Source: a virus. From it: a stretch of DNA of 64,000 bases. The stretch is taken from the IMG/VR virus record IMGVR_UViG_3300013126_000010, positions 96,001-160,000 of that record. One strand, written 5' to 3'. The notes under the pieces are model-generated. The model was given only the letters and a program-made list of their open reading frames with translations. It was not told where the DNA came from and did not search any database. Below are positions 42,731 through 51,921 of this stretch, piece by piece (the stretch's first letter is position 1; every line of letters starts with the position of its first letter). Both the position numbers and the translations under genes were made by a program.

Positions 42731-43407
42731 TTAAAATTCTTTAATTTCAATATAATCTTCAATCATACTTTTAGCTTTATCATATGATCTTTCATGCCAT
42801 AAAATGTGATCTAAATCAGATACATGAACATCAGATGGAGTACCAAGATTACTAATCGATTTCAGATATTCTTCAGAACCATCAAAATAATTCAAAAATG
42901 CTTGTCCATATCGATAAGTATCTACTTTAAGTAATGTCCAGTTATAATATGCCTGAAATTTTTCATATTCTTCTTGTGTTATACTAAAATCTATCATTTA
43001 ATGGTTTTTAATAACTGTTTTACAGATGACATTACCATGTTCATCAACATTATAAGAATTAAATCCAAGACCAGTACAGAAACTTTCAGCATTGGTAATT
43101 ACCGAACTGTTTTTTCTAATTTCTACTGTAGATTCAATCCATGTGATAGTTGTTACACCAACACCAAGCATAAATCCAACTACATAAGGCATATATTTCA
43201 TCATTATTTCCTCGGCAATGATTCAAATTGTACTTTCAATCTTCTATTTTCACGTTCCAATAATGAAACTCTATTTTTTAGCCTATTCAATTCACTAATA
43301 ATTATCGAAATATCCCTGGAATAATCTTTTTCAGTAGATTTCTGACCTTCTGAAACTATTATATCACTACTTTTATACTGTGTCAACATGTTTTTAATAA
43401 TACCCAT
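42731..43407 (-). other. Three small hypothetical ORFs (42731-42997, 42998-43204, 43204-43407)
   Basis: Coupled ORFs. Confidence 0.5.
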
Positions 43408-43512
43408 AAATAAAGTATTTATTATAGGTGGTCCAGGTTGATAGAATCAAACTATATACTGTCCACCTAGTTCTAATATATGGTTTAGAAGACCATTACC
43501 GGGTAAGTGTGT

Positions 43513-44022
43513 TTAATTGTTTGTATATCTTGTTCCATTAATAATAGAGAGTATAGTAGTTTTACTAACATTGAATAATTTAGCAAGTTTCCGTGAACTA
43601 AATTGATGATGATTTTCTCTAATGTATTTCACGTCGTCCTTTGTTAATTTTGATTGAATATGATCATGTCCTTTTTTCGGTTGTCTAAGTCCCAACTCAG
43701 CCGCATGTTTAAGTTGTTCTGACATTGTTGCCCATTCTAAATTACTGACGTTATTATTCAGTTTATTACCATCTATATGATTTACAGTAAGTTTATTTTC
43801 TGGATTATCAATAAATGCTTTTGCAACTAATATATGGATCTTAAAACACTTCGCTGGACTATTTCTACCATTAAATCTAGTCACAAACACACAATAACCT
43901 TTCTGTGTCACACTATATTTTAATTCTTTATTAGTTCTTTTAGAATATATTTTACCAGTATTAGATACTTGAAAATAATCTTCATAACCAACTACATCTT
44001 TCCATATTTCAACCATAAACAC
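43513..44022 (-). CDS. NUMOD4-HNH homing endonuclease
   Basis: EIWKDVVGYEDYFQVSNTG, HILVAKAFI, VNHIDGNKLNNNVSNLEW. Confidence 0.92.
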   Translation of the reverse strand: MFMVEIWKDVVGYEDYFQVSNTGKIYSKRTNKELKYSVTQKGYCVFVTRFNGRNSPAKCFKIHILVAKAFIDNPENKLTVNHIDGNKLNNNVSNLEWATMSEQLKHAAELGLRQPKKGHDHIQSKLTKDDVKYIRENHHQFSSRKLAKLFNVSKTTILSIINGTRYTNN

Positions 44023-44052
44023 CTTTAATATTAATACTGAGCTAAACCTGTA

Positions 44053-44472
44053 TTATTGCGCTAATCGTGTTTTTTCCAATAAATCAATAAATGAATTTTC
44101 AATAGTACTTCTTTTCATTGAATTCATAAATGAATTAACTATGGTTCTATCATAATACCGTTCAGGAACAATAATACCAACACATGTCAATGCATCATCC
44201 AATGATGGTTCATGAAAATATGCATATGGTAAATCCATTTTACTGCACAGATCTTTGATTTTCAGCATCATATTCGTTTCACCACCATTTTTAATAACAA
44301 TGGTTTTATGATTATCAGCCCAATCATTTAAAATACTTATTTTGTCTTTGAATCCAATAACATTAATGTTTATTTCGGAATATTTCCTAAACATCTCATG
44401 TATCACGTGACTGCTTTGAATACCATGTTGTATGGAACTTAGGTACATATTTGTAAAAAAGTATGCTCTCAT
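44053..44472 (-). CDS. Pth2-superfamily protein (phage type)
   Basis: QHGIQSSH, W..NHKTIVIKNGG, YFHEPSLDDALTCVGII. Confidence 0.6.
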   Translation of the reverse strand: MRAYFFTNMYLSSIQHGIQSSHVIHEMFRKYSEININVIGFKDKISILNDWADNHKTIVIKNGGETNMMLKIKDLCSKMDLPYAYFHEPSLDDALTCVGIIVPERYYDRTIVNSFMNSMKRSTIENSFIDLLEKTRLAQ

Positions 44473-44501
44473 TTTATCCTCTCTTAATTAATCGTTGGAA
44501 A

Positions 44502-44578
44502 TGGTCGGCTAGGAGGGAGTCAAACCCCCACTGTACGGAGTAGAAATCCGAGGCACTATTCTGTTATGCTACTAGCCG
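44502..44578 (-). tRNA. tRNA-Arg(TCT)
   Basis: CGGCTAG/CTAGCCG-A-CCA; loop TTTCTAC. Confidence 0.88.
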
Positions 44579-44651
44579 GTATGTGTTATACCATGTTATA
44601 TCGTTTTCGTAAACTTTGGGGTAACTAATGGGGTATGATCCCATACAAATT

Positions 44652-44726
44652 TGGTGGACAGAGTTGGTATCGATCCAACCTATGCTGTGCTTCAAACAGC
44701 TGCTAATCCATCTCAGCTACCTGTCC
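44652..44726 (-). tRNA. tRNA-Phe(GAA)
   Basis: GGACAGG/TCTGTCC-A-CCA; GCTGT-TTGAAGC-ACAGC. Confidence 0.88.
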
Positions 44727-45322
44727 ATTAATTGTAATCCATGCACTAGAAACATCAAAATGTATCATTGTTGAATATTCTTCTACACATAATCTATTCA
44801 ATTCTTGTAGAATTTCAGAATTAGAACACATATATACTGGTAAAAAATCATTCAATGGTATTCTGAATACCCCTAATGGAAAATGTTCATTTTTTACATA
44901 ATGGATTTTTGTCCATTTTCTTCTTGATTCTAAATCTGCATTGGTAATGGTGTATTCAATCAATGATTTCAAAAATTCGGTAATCATCGTCTTCTCCTAT
45001 AAAGTATAATATATCATACCATGTTCATATGAGGATGTCAACCGAATTTTAATAAAAATGTAGTATAATTATTTTTTGGCATTGAAACATATTTAAATTC
45101 GTCCTCGTTATTACCTGACACTATTGCTTTAAATTCAAGTTCTAATATTGACTTCCAATAAATTGGGTAATTAGCACTATACCCAGTTATATTATGAATA
45201 TAATCATCATAATTTTTCCATACTGATGATGGATAATCATGTCCAAGTGGGATTGTAATAGTGTCATTCATGATATTAAGTATGTTGGCACCCTTGGAGA
45301 GATTCAAACTCCCGACTCCCAC
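44703..45322 (-). other. Two small hypothetical ORFs between tRNAs (44703-44987, about 45038-45265)
   Basis: ORF track; ends overlap tRNA genes. Confidence 0.4.
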
Positions 45323-45362
45323 GTTCGTAGCATGGTACTCTGTTCAGCTGAGTTACAAGGGC
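45286..45362 (-). tRNA. tRNA-Arg(ACG)
   Basis: GCCCTTG/CAAGGGT-G-CCA; loop CTACGAA. Confidence 0.92.
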
Positions 45363-45401
45363 GTTGCAAAATTCATAAGTTATTGATTTTAATGTATATT
45401 T

Positions 45402-45474
45402 TCAGGATGGCAGAATTCGAATCTGCGTCTGCGGTACCCAAAACCGCTGCTAAACCAACCTCAGCTACACCCTG
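45402..45474 (-). tRNA. tRNA-Pro(TGG), no CCA
   Basis: CAGGGTG/CATCCTG; GCGGT-TTTGGGT-ACCGC; TTCGAAT. Confidence 0.92.
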
Positions 45475-45493
45475 AAAATATACACTATATTAT

Positions 45494-45569
45494 TGGTAGA
45501 GGTAAATGGATTCTAACCATTGATCTTCCGGTTATCAGCCGGATGCATTAAACGCTATGCTATACCTCT
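45494..45569 (-). tRNA. tRNA-Ile(GAT)
   Basis: AGAGGTA/TACCTCT-A-CCA; TCCGG-CTGATAA-CCGGA. Confidence 0.9.
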
Positions 45570-45962
45570 ATTTTATTTTCTTTTACATAATTTTCAAAAT
45601 CATTTCTACTATACGATGTACAATATAACATTTTTGGTGGAGGATTACTACTATACATCCCTGGATACCAATAATACAATATATCACCATCGGTTGGCCA
45701 TTTGTAATTATAATGTTCAACCATTATTTGTAAATTAGATTTTGACATCATCAACTTTGTACAATTTGGTAAATGTTCTTTCACCACTTCTACACATAAC
45801 CGAATTTGTTAGTGCATTAGCTGCAAATTCTGCTTCATCATATGTATCACATTCCAATACTGTGGTAGTATTACTAACAGCAATAGATTCACAATATTTG
45901 TGAATCTTTGACTCTGAAATTAAAATTTTATAAGTTTTCATGATATTACCTTTATAATTAAA

Positions 45963-46016
45963 CAGGATACTTTTTATTTTCGCCAATGAAATTTTTTAAT
46001 TTGCTGAATGTATCCT
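45963..46016 (-). ncRNA. Y RNA-like scaffold copy 7 (short hairpin insert)
   Basis: AGGATACATTCAGCAA..TTTCATTGGCGAAA..AGTATCCTG. Confidence 0.75.
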
Positions 46017-46021
46017 AAAGT

Positions 46022-46114
46022 TGGCGGAAGATGACGGAGTTGAACCCCCAAGGCTGCTCATCACAGCTCGACGCATTTCAAGTGCGCTGCAGTCGCCAAT
46101 CTGCTTGATCTTCC
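46022..46114 (-). tRNA. tRNA-Ser(TGA)
   Basis: GGAAGAT/ATCTTCC-G-CCA; GCGCA-CTTGAAA-TGCGT; long variable arm. Confidence 0.88.
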
Positions 46115-46160
46115 ATTATTCTATATTAACATTATTTTAATACTATGTCAAGTATAATTT

Positions 46161-46236
46161 TGGCAGGACTGACGGGTTTTGATCCCGCTACCTCTACATT
46201 GACAGTGTAGTGCTCTCCCGATTGAGCTACAGTCCT
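46161..46236 (-). tRNA. tRNA-Asp(GTC)
   Basis: AGGACTG/CAGTCCT-G-CCA; CTACA-CTGTCAA-TGTAG. Confidence 0.9.
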
Positions 46237-46242
46237 AAAATT

Positions 46243-46327
46243 TGGTGGATTGTCTAAGAATCGAACTTAGCGAGTCAGTGACAGTGGTTCTACAGGCCAC
46301 TCCGCCTCCATAACGGTTTACCAATCC
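46243..46327 (-). tRNA. tRNA-Tyr(GTA)
   Basis: GGATTG/CAATCC-A-CCA; loop CTGTAGA; long variable arm; TTCGATT. Confidence 0.88.
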
Positions 46328-46854
46328 ATAAATATTTCTTTAACTTTTTCATCATCTATCCATTCTCCAACTGATATGTTAATTTGGTATTTTGATAGAA
46401 TCGATTTTTCTTCTTCTCTCATATCATTAACTAGTTTATAATGTTCAACTTTAAACCGTCTAAATGGATCATATGTTTGATATGTTGCCAACCGTTTATT
46501 TAAATCTTGAGTTATTCCGATTTTGTACATATCTGGATATACTGGATTTGATATTAAATACAATATACCACATTTTAACTTAGGTTTAGATGATGTTTTT
46601 TCTTGCGTTTCTTGTCCAGTGGTTCGTGATAAACTTAATTTTAGTAACGATAACCCGGCTAATTTTTTATAATATCTAGCTTCTTTCTTTTTCTGTTTTG
46701 AAGCTTTTTCTGGGTATTGTTCACAATACGTGTCATAATATACGTCAAGTAAATCTATAGTCACCTCAAATGGTTCAGATATTGGAATTAGTCCTTTATC
46801 TATCATACCATATATTATATTTTTTGTAATACTATTTCCGATTATTTCGTTCAT
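46318..46854 (-). CDS. T5orf172/GIY-YIG-like protein
   Basis: GILYLISNP..DMYKIGITQDLNKRLATYQTYDP, GEW. Confidence 0.75.
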   Translation of the reverse strand: MNEIIGNSITKNIIYGMIDKGLIPISEPFEVTIDLLDVYYDTYCEQYPEKASKQKKKEARYYKKLAGLSLLKLSLSRTTGQETQEKTSSKPKLKCGILYLISNPVYPDMYKIGITQDLNKRLATYQTYDPFRRFKVEHYKLVNDMREEEKSILSKYQINISVGEWIDDEKVKEIFMDW

Positions 46855-46955
46855 AGTTGAATCATATCATAATAATTCAACTATGTCAACAATATTTTTT
46901 ACAATTTTCCAAATTGTTAAAGAGCGTGGCCAATTTTTCTTTGGTCTTAAAACTG

Positions 46956-46987
46956 AAAAACCCAGTTTGATATTATCTCACTGGGTT
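46956..46987 (-). terminator. Intrinsic terminator
   Basis: AACCCAGT-13 nt-ACTGGGTT followed by a U-rich tract. Confidence 0.6.
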
Positions 46988-47325
46988 CTCTGTTATTTTT
47001 TTTTGAATCTTTGAAACTTATTATGTTTCTTTGTGATCCTTAACTGAGAAACCGAATTGTTCTGGGCGATAATCATAAAAACTCGGAACAAACGACACCG
47101 AAGATGATTTATCATCCCATCTGCTAATCTCGATATGTTTAATGTGTGAAGTTTTCATAATATTTCAGTTATATAGTTTATTTATCTTTTTGTTTAAAAA
47201 ATTAGTTTTAACATTTTGTATAGTTGTCAAGATTATCACTAATACATGCTTTGTGTCATTCGCAACACGATATTAGTTAATATTCAAAGTATATTAAGAT
47301 ACTTAACAACTATACAAAATATTAT

Positions 47326-47398
47326 TGTGGAGAATATCGGTACCGCCCCGATCATAGATGCAGTGCAAGTGCTTCCTGAGTGCCTATGCTCATTCCCC
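47326..47398 (-). tRNA. tRNA-Ala(TGC)-like, atypical D arm and T loop
   Basis: GGGGAAT/ATTCTCC-A (G3-U70); loop CTTGCAC; T loop GGCGGTA. Confidence 0.65.
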
Positions 47399-47412
47399 AT
47401 AACAATAATTTT

Positions 47413-47441
47413 ATTATAGCACGTTTTTTAAAGATGTGCAA
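47413..47441 (-). promoter_or_regulatory. Sigma70-like promoter (many similar copies in the window)
   Basis: TTGCAC-17 nt-TATAAT. Confidence 0.75.
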
Positions 47442-47702
47442 CTTTATTTATTATCAAAATCATAGTCTCCATTTCGGAGACTATGTTAATCAGTGTTCGT
47501 ATTTCGTTTAATAACATTTTTTACTACAATTGCTGAATATGATTCCCAATTAGTTAGAATCTCATTCAATTTTTTTAATTTTTCAAATTTATCATCATCA
47601 AACATTTGTTTAATGTTATTATCTGATTTAAGTTCTGTGATTTTTTCCATATTTGTATAATAGCACATTTTCAAAAGATGTGCAACTTATTTATCATTTT
47701 AC

Positions 47703-47763
47703 CAGGATAGCTTTTACGGTTTTGATTAGAAGTCAAATGTATTAAGCTTGCTGAAACTATCCT
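47703..47763 (-). ncRNA. Y RNA-like scaffold copy 8 (Arg-TCT anticodon stem-loop insert)
   Basis: AGGATAGTTTCAGCAA..TTTGA-CTTCTAA-TCAAA..GCTATCCTG. Confidence 0.8.
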
Positions 47764-47803
47764 TATTCTTAACATCAAGGAGGTGATGTAATCTTTTATT
47801 TAA

Positions 47804-47857
47804 CAGGATGTATTTATTTTCGCCAAATGAAATCTTTTAATTTGCTGTAAACATCCT
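47804..47857 (-). ncRNA. Y RNA-like scaffold copy 9
   Basis: AGGATGTTTACAGCAA..TTTCATTTGGCGAAA..TACATCCTG; TTGCAC-17-TATAAT 7 nt upstream (47865-47893). Confidence 0.8.
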
Positions 47858-48320
47858 AAAATTTATTATAGCACGTTTTTATAGATTGTGCAACTATCTT
47901 TTCAAAATATTGAAATATTCTTTACGTTCCATATCGAAACTGTTATATCTATACATTATATCATCATAAATGAATCCAAAAATGATTATTGTGAACACTA
48001 CTGCGCTAATACAAATATAAGTCACTATTACATATAATAACCAAGTTGGATTATACCAATACAATAATCCTAATCCAACAAATATGGCAAATAAACCGAA
48101 TATCGTATGATAGTTATTATGATATAGCCATATGATAAAATTGGTATATTTTTTTAATCTGGATCACGTTTTTCAAATTTACTGTTTGATTGTTTAGATT
48201 GCTGAAATGATCCAATATATAACAACAAGAACTGGCAGAGATATTCTGATTTGAACAGAAACTAGATCAGTCAAAGTGACCTGTGCTAACCGGATTACAC
48301 TATATCTCAATTATTTTTTA

Positions 48321-49491
48321 TTATTTTTTAATAGCATGTTTAAATTTAAACATCCATTCATCATCTATCAATTCTAAGGAGCATTCGGTACATTTTGCAA
48401 TAAAATCATCACCAATGATTAGCGCGTCGAATGTTTCATATTTTTCAAAAAACTGTAAAGTAATTGGCATCACATTCCATTCCATTTTTGAAATGGTGTT
48501 GGTACCATCATCACCTTGCTTTACTTCAATGTTGATAGAAGGTCTATTGGTTAATGTACCAATTACATATTCTTTTTCTAAGTTATATACTTTATACATT
48601 CTACTTTTTTCCTAATGTGGATAATAATTGTGTCTTTTCATTCTGGTATTCTTTATATAATTCTTTTATACATTCTACTAAAAAAATTTTTATCAGTATA
48701 TACAATAAGATATAAATCACCAATCCTATTATAAGAGACAAACCGACAACAAGAACATAATTTCCAAAAATAAAAGACATTGATAGCCAAGTAAAGAATA
48801 CAGTAATTATCAATATTGATTTACTATATTTATTATAGACCCATTTTAAAAAATAAAAATATTTCATTTATTTTTTAAATCGTCAAATGTTTGTTGACAT
48901 TCTTTTTTATATTCTTTATACATAGCTTGCATTGGTTCAATTATTCCATACTGTATAGCCCTGTATAAAAAGTAACAGACGGCGCAACCAAGCACTAACA
49001 TTAGTAATACAAATAAACCAGAAAATCCATATTTAACAAGAATGTATGTTATTGGGATTCCTGACACCCACATTAATGATTCCCGTTTATTTTTCATTAC
49101 AGCCCATTTAAGAAAATATAACAAATGCATAATTACCTCAATATTTCAATGTCGACCAGAAAGCCAATTTCTCAAGATCTTTTTCAAATTCTGGGTATAC
49201 TTCATTTAAGTGGTCATCACTAACTGACAAATAACCTTTTTTAATTTTTTCATCGATTAGTCTTTGCATATCATAATCATCATGAGATACTTTTGATTGG
49301 AATTTTTTACCACGTTTACCCCAGAATGTTACACATTTTGCACCGGTATATCGAACATATGTTGATAATGTCCACCATGGTTTAGAATTATCAACATTAC
49401 TTGGATGTTCAAGAAATATCACACCCCAAACTTTATCAGAACCATCTTTAGTGGACCATCCAATAAATTTATAGTTATATTTTCCGCTCAT
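48321..49491 (-). other. Small ORFs incl. two membrane proteins (48601-48867, 48864-49130) and a WGR-like protein (49138-49491)
   Basis: Hydrophobic segments; DKVWG..TFWGKRG..KIKKGY. Confidence 0.55.
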
Positions 49492-49510
49492 TTTCGCATC
49501 TCATTATTAA

Positions 49511-49626
49511 CAGGGTAGCAAATATGTTTTACCGCTAAACTACCATAGTGACCAACTCTATGGCTGGGATTCGAACCCAGGACTTTTCTTTACGATAGAA
49601 ATTATTAAAATTGCTGAAACTACCCA
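49511..49626 (-). ncRNA. Y RNA-like scaffold copy 10 enclosing permuted tRNA module
   Basis: GGGTAGTTTCAGCAA..TTTCT-ATCGTAA-AGAAA..CTGGGTTCGAATCCCAG-CCATAG-loop-CTATGG-TAGTTTAGCGGTAAAAC..GCTACCCTG. Confidence 0.85.
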
Positions 49627-50173
49627 AGGTCATTTCATTAAATTAATTATAGCACATGTTTTATGATGTTGCAACTACTTTATGATTTTAAAACGGTACA
49701 TTTATAATAGGTACATTAGGAATAGTAGCATCCATTTTTTCTCTATCGGTAGTTGAGCACCCATAAAGAAAAAATATACCTATTATGATTAGGAGTTTCA
49801 CTGATTTGAAACTATGTTATTGATGAAGCGTTGGATCTTATCTTTATCACGTGGTCTATTCGATTTTGTGACCAAATCTTGTAAAGAAGCCAATGATAAT
49901 GATGTTAATTTAACTTTACCATTTTTTGTTTTACCTGGGATACCTTTACGGTTCGCTTTTGATACATTTGCCATTATTTTCACCTTGTTTTAAGAATTCA
50001 TGACGGGTTAGTGAGCATTTTGCACTACAATAATATTCACTGATTACTGAATTCCAATATTGAGTATACACATACTGTTTATTATTTTCATCCATACCAG
50101 TAGGAATGATGTTGTTACAATTTGCACAATTTACTGTCATAAAAATTATAGCAATTTATTTTGATGTTGCAAG

Positions 50174-50560
50174 TTAAAATTTTCTACTAGCACGTTGGTA
50201 TGCACTAATATTCATTTGTTGAACTATTTGTATATGTTTACCACGTCGTCGATCATGCTCATGTGGACCAAATAATTTATTTTCACGCATTTTGAACTCT
50301 CTCATTAACAATCTGCGACCATTAAATAATGTAACTTTTGATCTATTGATTATTTTTCTGGCATGTACAAAAGTTTTCACATAGCACAATGCATGGTATT
50401 CATAAGAATTATGTTTACTATCATATAACGTGTAAAGTTGAACCCTATCAACTTTATGCGATAGAAATGGGATAAAACTTTTTGTCAGTTTATTAAAGTA
50501 TTCTGTTAATTCTTGTGTGGTAGTATCTTTACCAACATTTTTGATAATGAGGATCATCAC
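50174..50560 (-). CDS. RRM-like protein
   Basis: LIIKNVGKDTTTQELTEYF..HALCYV. Confidence 0.5.
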   Translation of the reverse strand: MMILIIKNVGKDTTTQELTEYFNKLTKSFIPFLSHKVDRVQLYTLYDSKHNSYEYHALCYVKTFVHARKIINRSKVTLFNGRRLLMREFKMRENKLFGPHEHDRRRGKHIQIVQQMNISAYQRASRKF

Positions 50561-50621
50561 TCACTTCCTATAAAAAATCTATGATAATTCTATTATACAT
50601 CATTTTTTGTATGATGTCAAC

Positions 50622-51509
50622 TTATTTGTAAGTATTTTTTAACCAGTTAAATAGTGCTGGTTTTTGTTTTGGCCAGACATACATATCAAAATATTGATTG
50701 AACATTGATTGTTTATGTTTATCAGTTTTCACGTGTTGCCACATTCTTCTAAACACATCATCCAAATCCATTCCTTTATTATATTTTGCTAATAATCGTT
50801 GTTTGAACAATTCTGGATTAAAATTTTCATCTGGTGCAAACATTTTATCTTTATGATTAGTTTTATGTTTTTCATCGAATTGGTTTGCATAGTTACTTAG
50901 GAATTCATCCCTTGTCATTTTAACCCAATCGCCATTAGCTACAAAGTTTTCATATTCTTTGACATATACGGTGGATATTCTTTTAGGATTTAAATGTCCA
51001 ATAAATAATGCCTGTGTTTCACCTTTATTAAGCATCATGTCTGCTAAATGAGGATTATCACTTAATGTTACCCATTCTGGATTATATTTGTCAGTTTTTG
51101 CGGCATTCTCTGCATCTTTCCGTGCTTTAGATCTACCTCGTCTACCTTCTGGTCCCCATCCGAAATATTGGCTGTATCCGCCGTATCCTGTCCATGATCC
51201 TCCTGGCCATACCGGGGCTTCTAATTCATCGTACTCGGCATTAAATTCTATGATGATAGCATATTTGTATGATCCTGCGAAACTTGCTGCAGTTTTGAAT
51301 TTACCAGTAACAAATAACCCTTTTGGATTATTATCAGATTCATAGCTATATACTCTTGGTACTTTTTGTGCACCACTTAAACCATACTGAACTGCTAAAA
51401 TAGCCTCATTGTAGTTATTAAAGCCGTGGAATACCCGTATGGTATCACCTTTTTTTAATGGTTGATTTCCATCAACCTCTATATCATGAAATAATTCTCG
51501 TATCAGCAT
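50622..51509 (-). CDS. Possible ADP-ribosyltransferase-like virion protein
   Basis: MLIRELF; RVFHG..GLFVT..ETQALFIG (H/R-S/T-E-like triad by eye). Confidence 0.4.
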   Translation of the reverse strand: MLIRELFHDIEVDGNQPLKKGDTIRVFHGFNNYNEAILAVQYGLSGAQKVPRVYSYESDNNPKGLFVTGKFKTAASFAGSYKYAIIIEFNAEYDELEAPVWPGGSWTGYGGYSQYFGWGPEGRRGRSKARKDAENAAKTDKYNPEWVTLSDNPHLADMMLNKGETQALFIGHLNPKRISTVYVKEYENFVANGDWVKMTRDEFLSNYANQFDEKHKTNHKDKMFAPDENFNPELFKQRLLAKYNKGMDLDDVFRRMWQHVKTDKHKQSMFNQYFDMYVWPKQKPALFNWLKNTYK

Positions 51510-51921
51510 TTTCCATTGCATTCCTTAATTGTTCGAATGGTATCAACTCTTGATATCCATCTAATATCAAATTTACATAATCGATTGATGGTTTAGAATT
51601 TAACATTGAATGTCTAGATTCATCTGTCATCGTGTATACATAACAGTCCATCGATGATTCATCGTTTAATTTAATAGATTCAACTACTCTATCATAATAA
51701 AATGGATAACCTTCTATTCGATCAGTCATTGATAATATATCATCATTAATTTCCCATACTAATCCATATGTAAAAGTATTATTACATTTTATGACATTAG
51801 CATGGGTCAATAATTCAAACTTATAATTGTTCAATACTCCTGGACCAATTAATTTGGCTTGGTATCCAATATGCGATCTATTGGTCAATAATCCATAAGT
51901 GAACAAGAATAAAGTTTTCAT
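51484..51921 (-). CDS. Gamma-glutamylcyclotransferase (AIG2-like) protein
   Basis: LFTYGLL, YGLVWEI, DRIEGYPFYYDR, PSIDYV..ILDGY. Confidence 0.85.
   Translation of the reverse strand: MKTLFLFTYGLLTNRSHIGYQAKLIGPGVLNNYKFELLTHANVIKCNNTFTYGLVWEINDDILSMTDRIEGYPFYYDRVVESIKLNDESSMDCYVYTMTDESRHSMLNSKPSIDYVNLILDGYQELIPFEQLRNAMENADTRIIS

Noticed and set aside
45239-45738. Plus-strand ORFs 45239-45475 and 45520-45738
   Set aside because: Antisense to tRNA-Arg/Pro/Ile
20820-49626. Scaffold repeats as a CRISPR array or REP/terminator family
   Set aside because: Copies are dispersed, vary with compensatory pairing, keep an unpaired CAGCAA, lack a consistent U-tract and enclose tRNA modules; no cas genes seen
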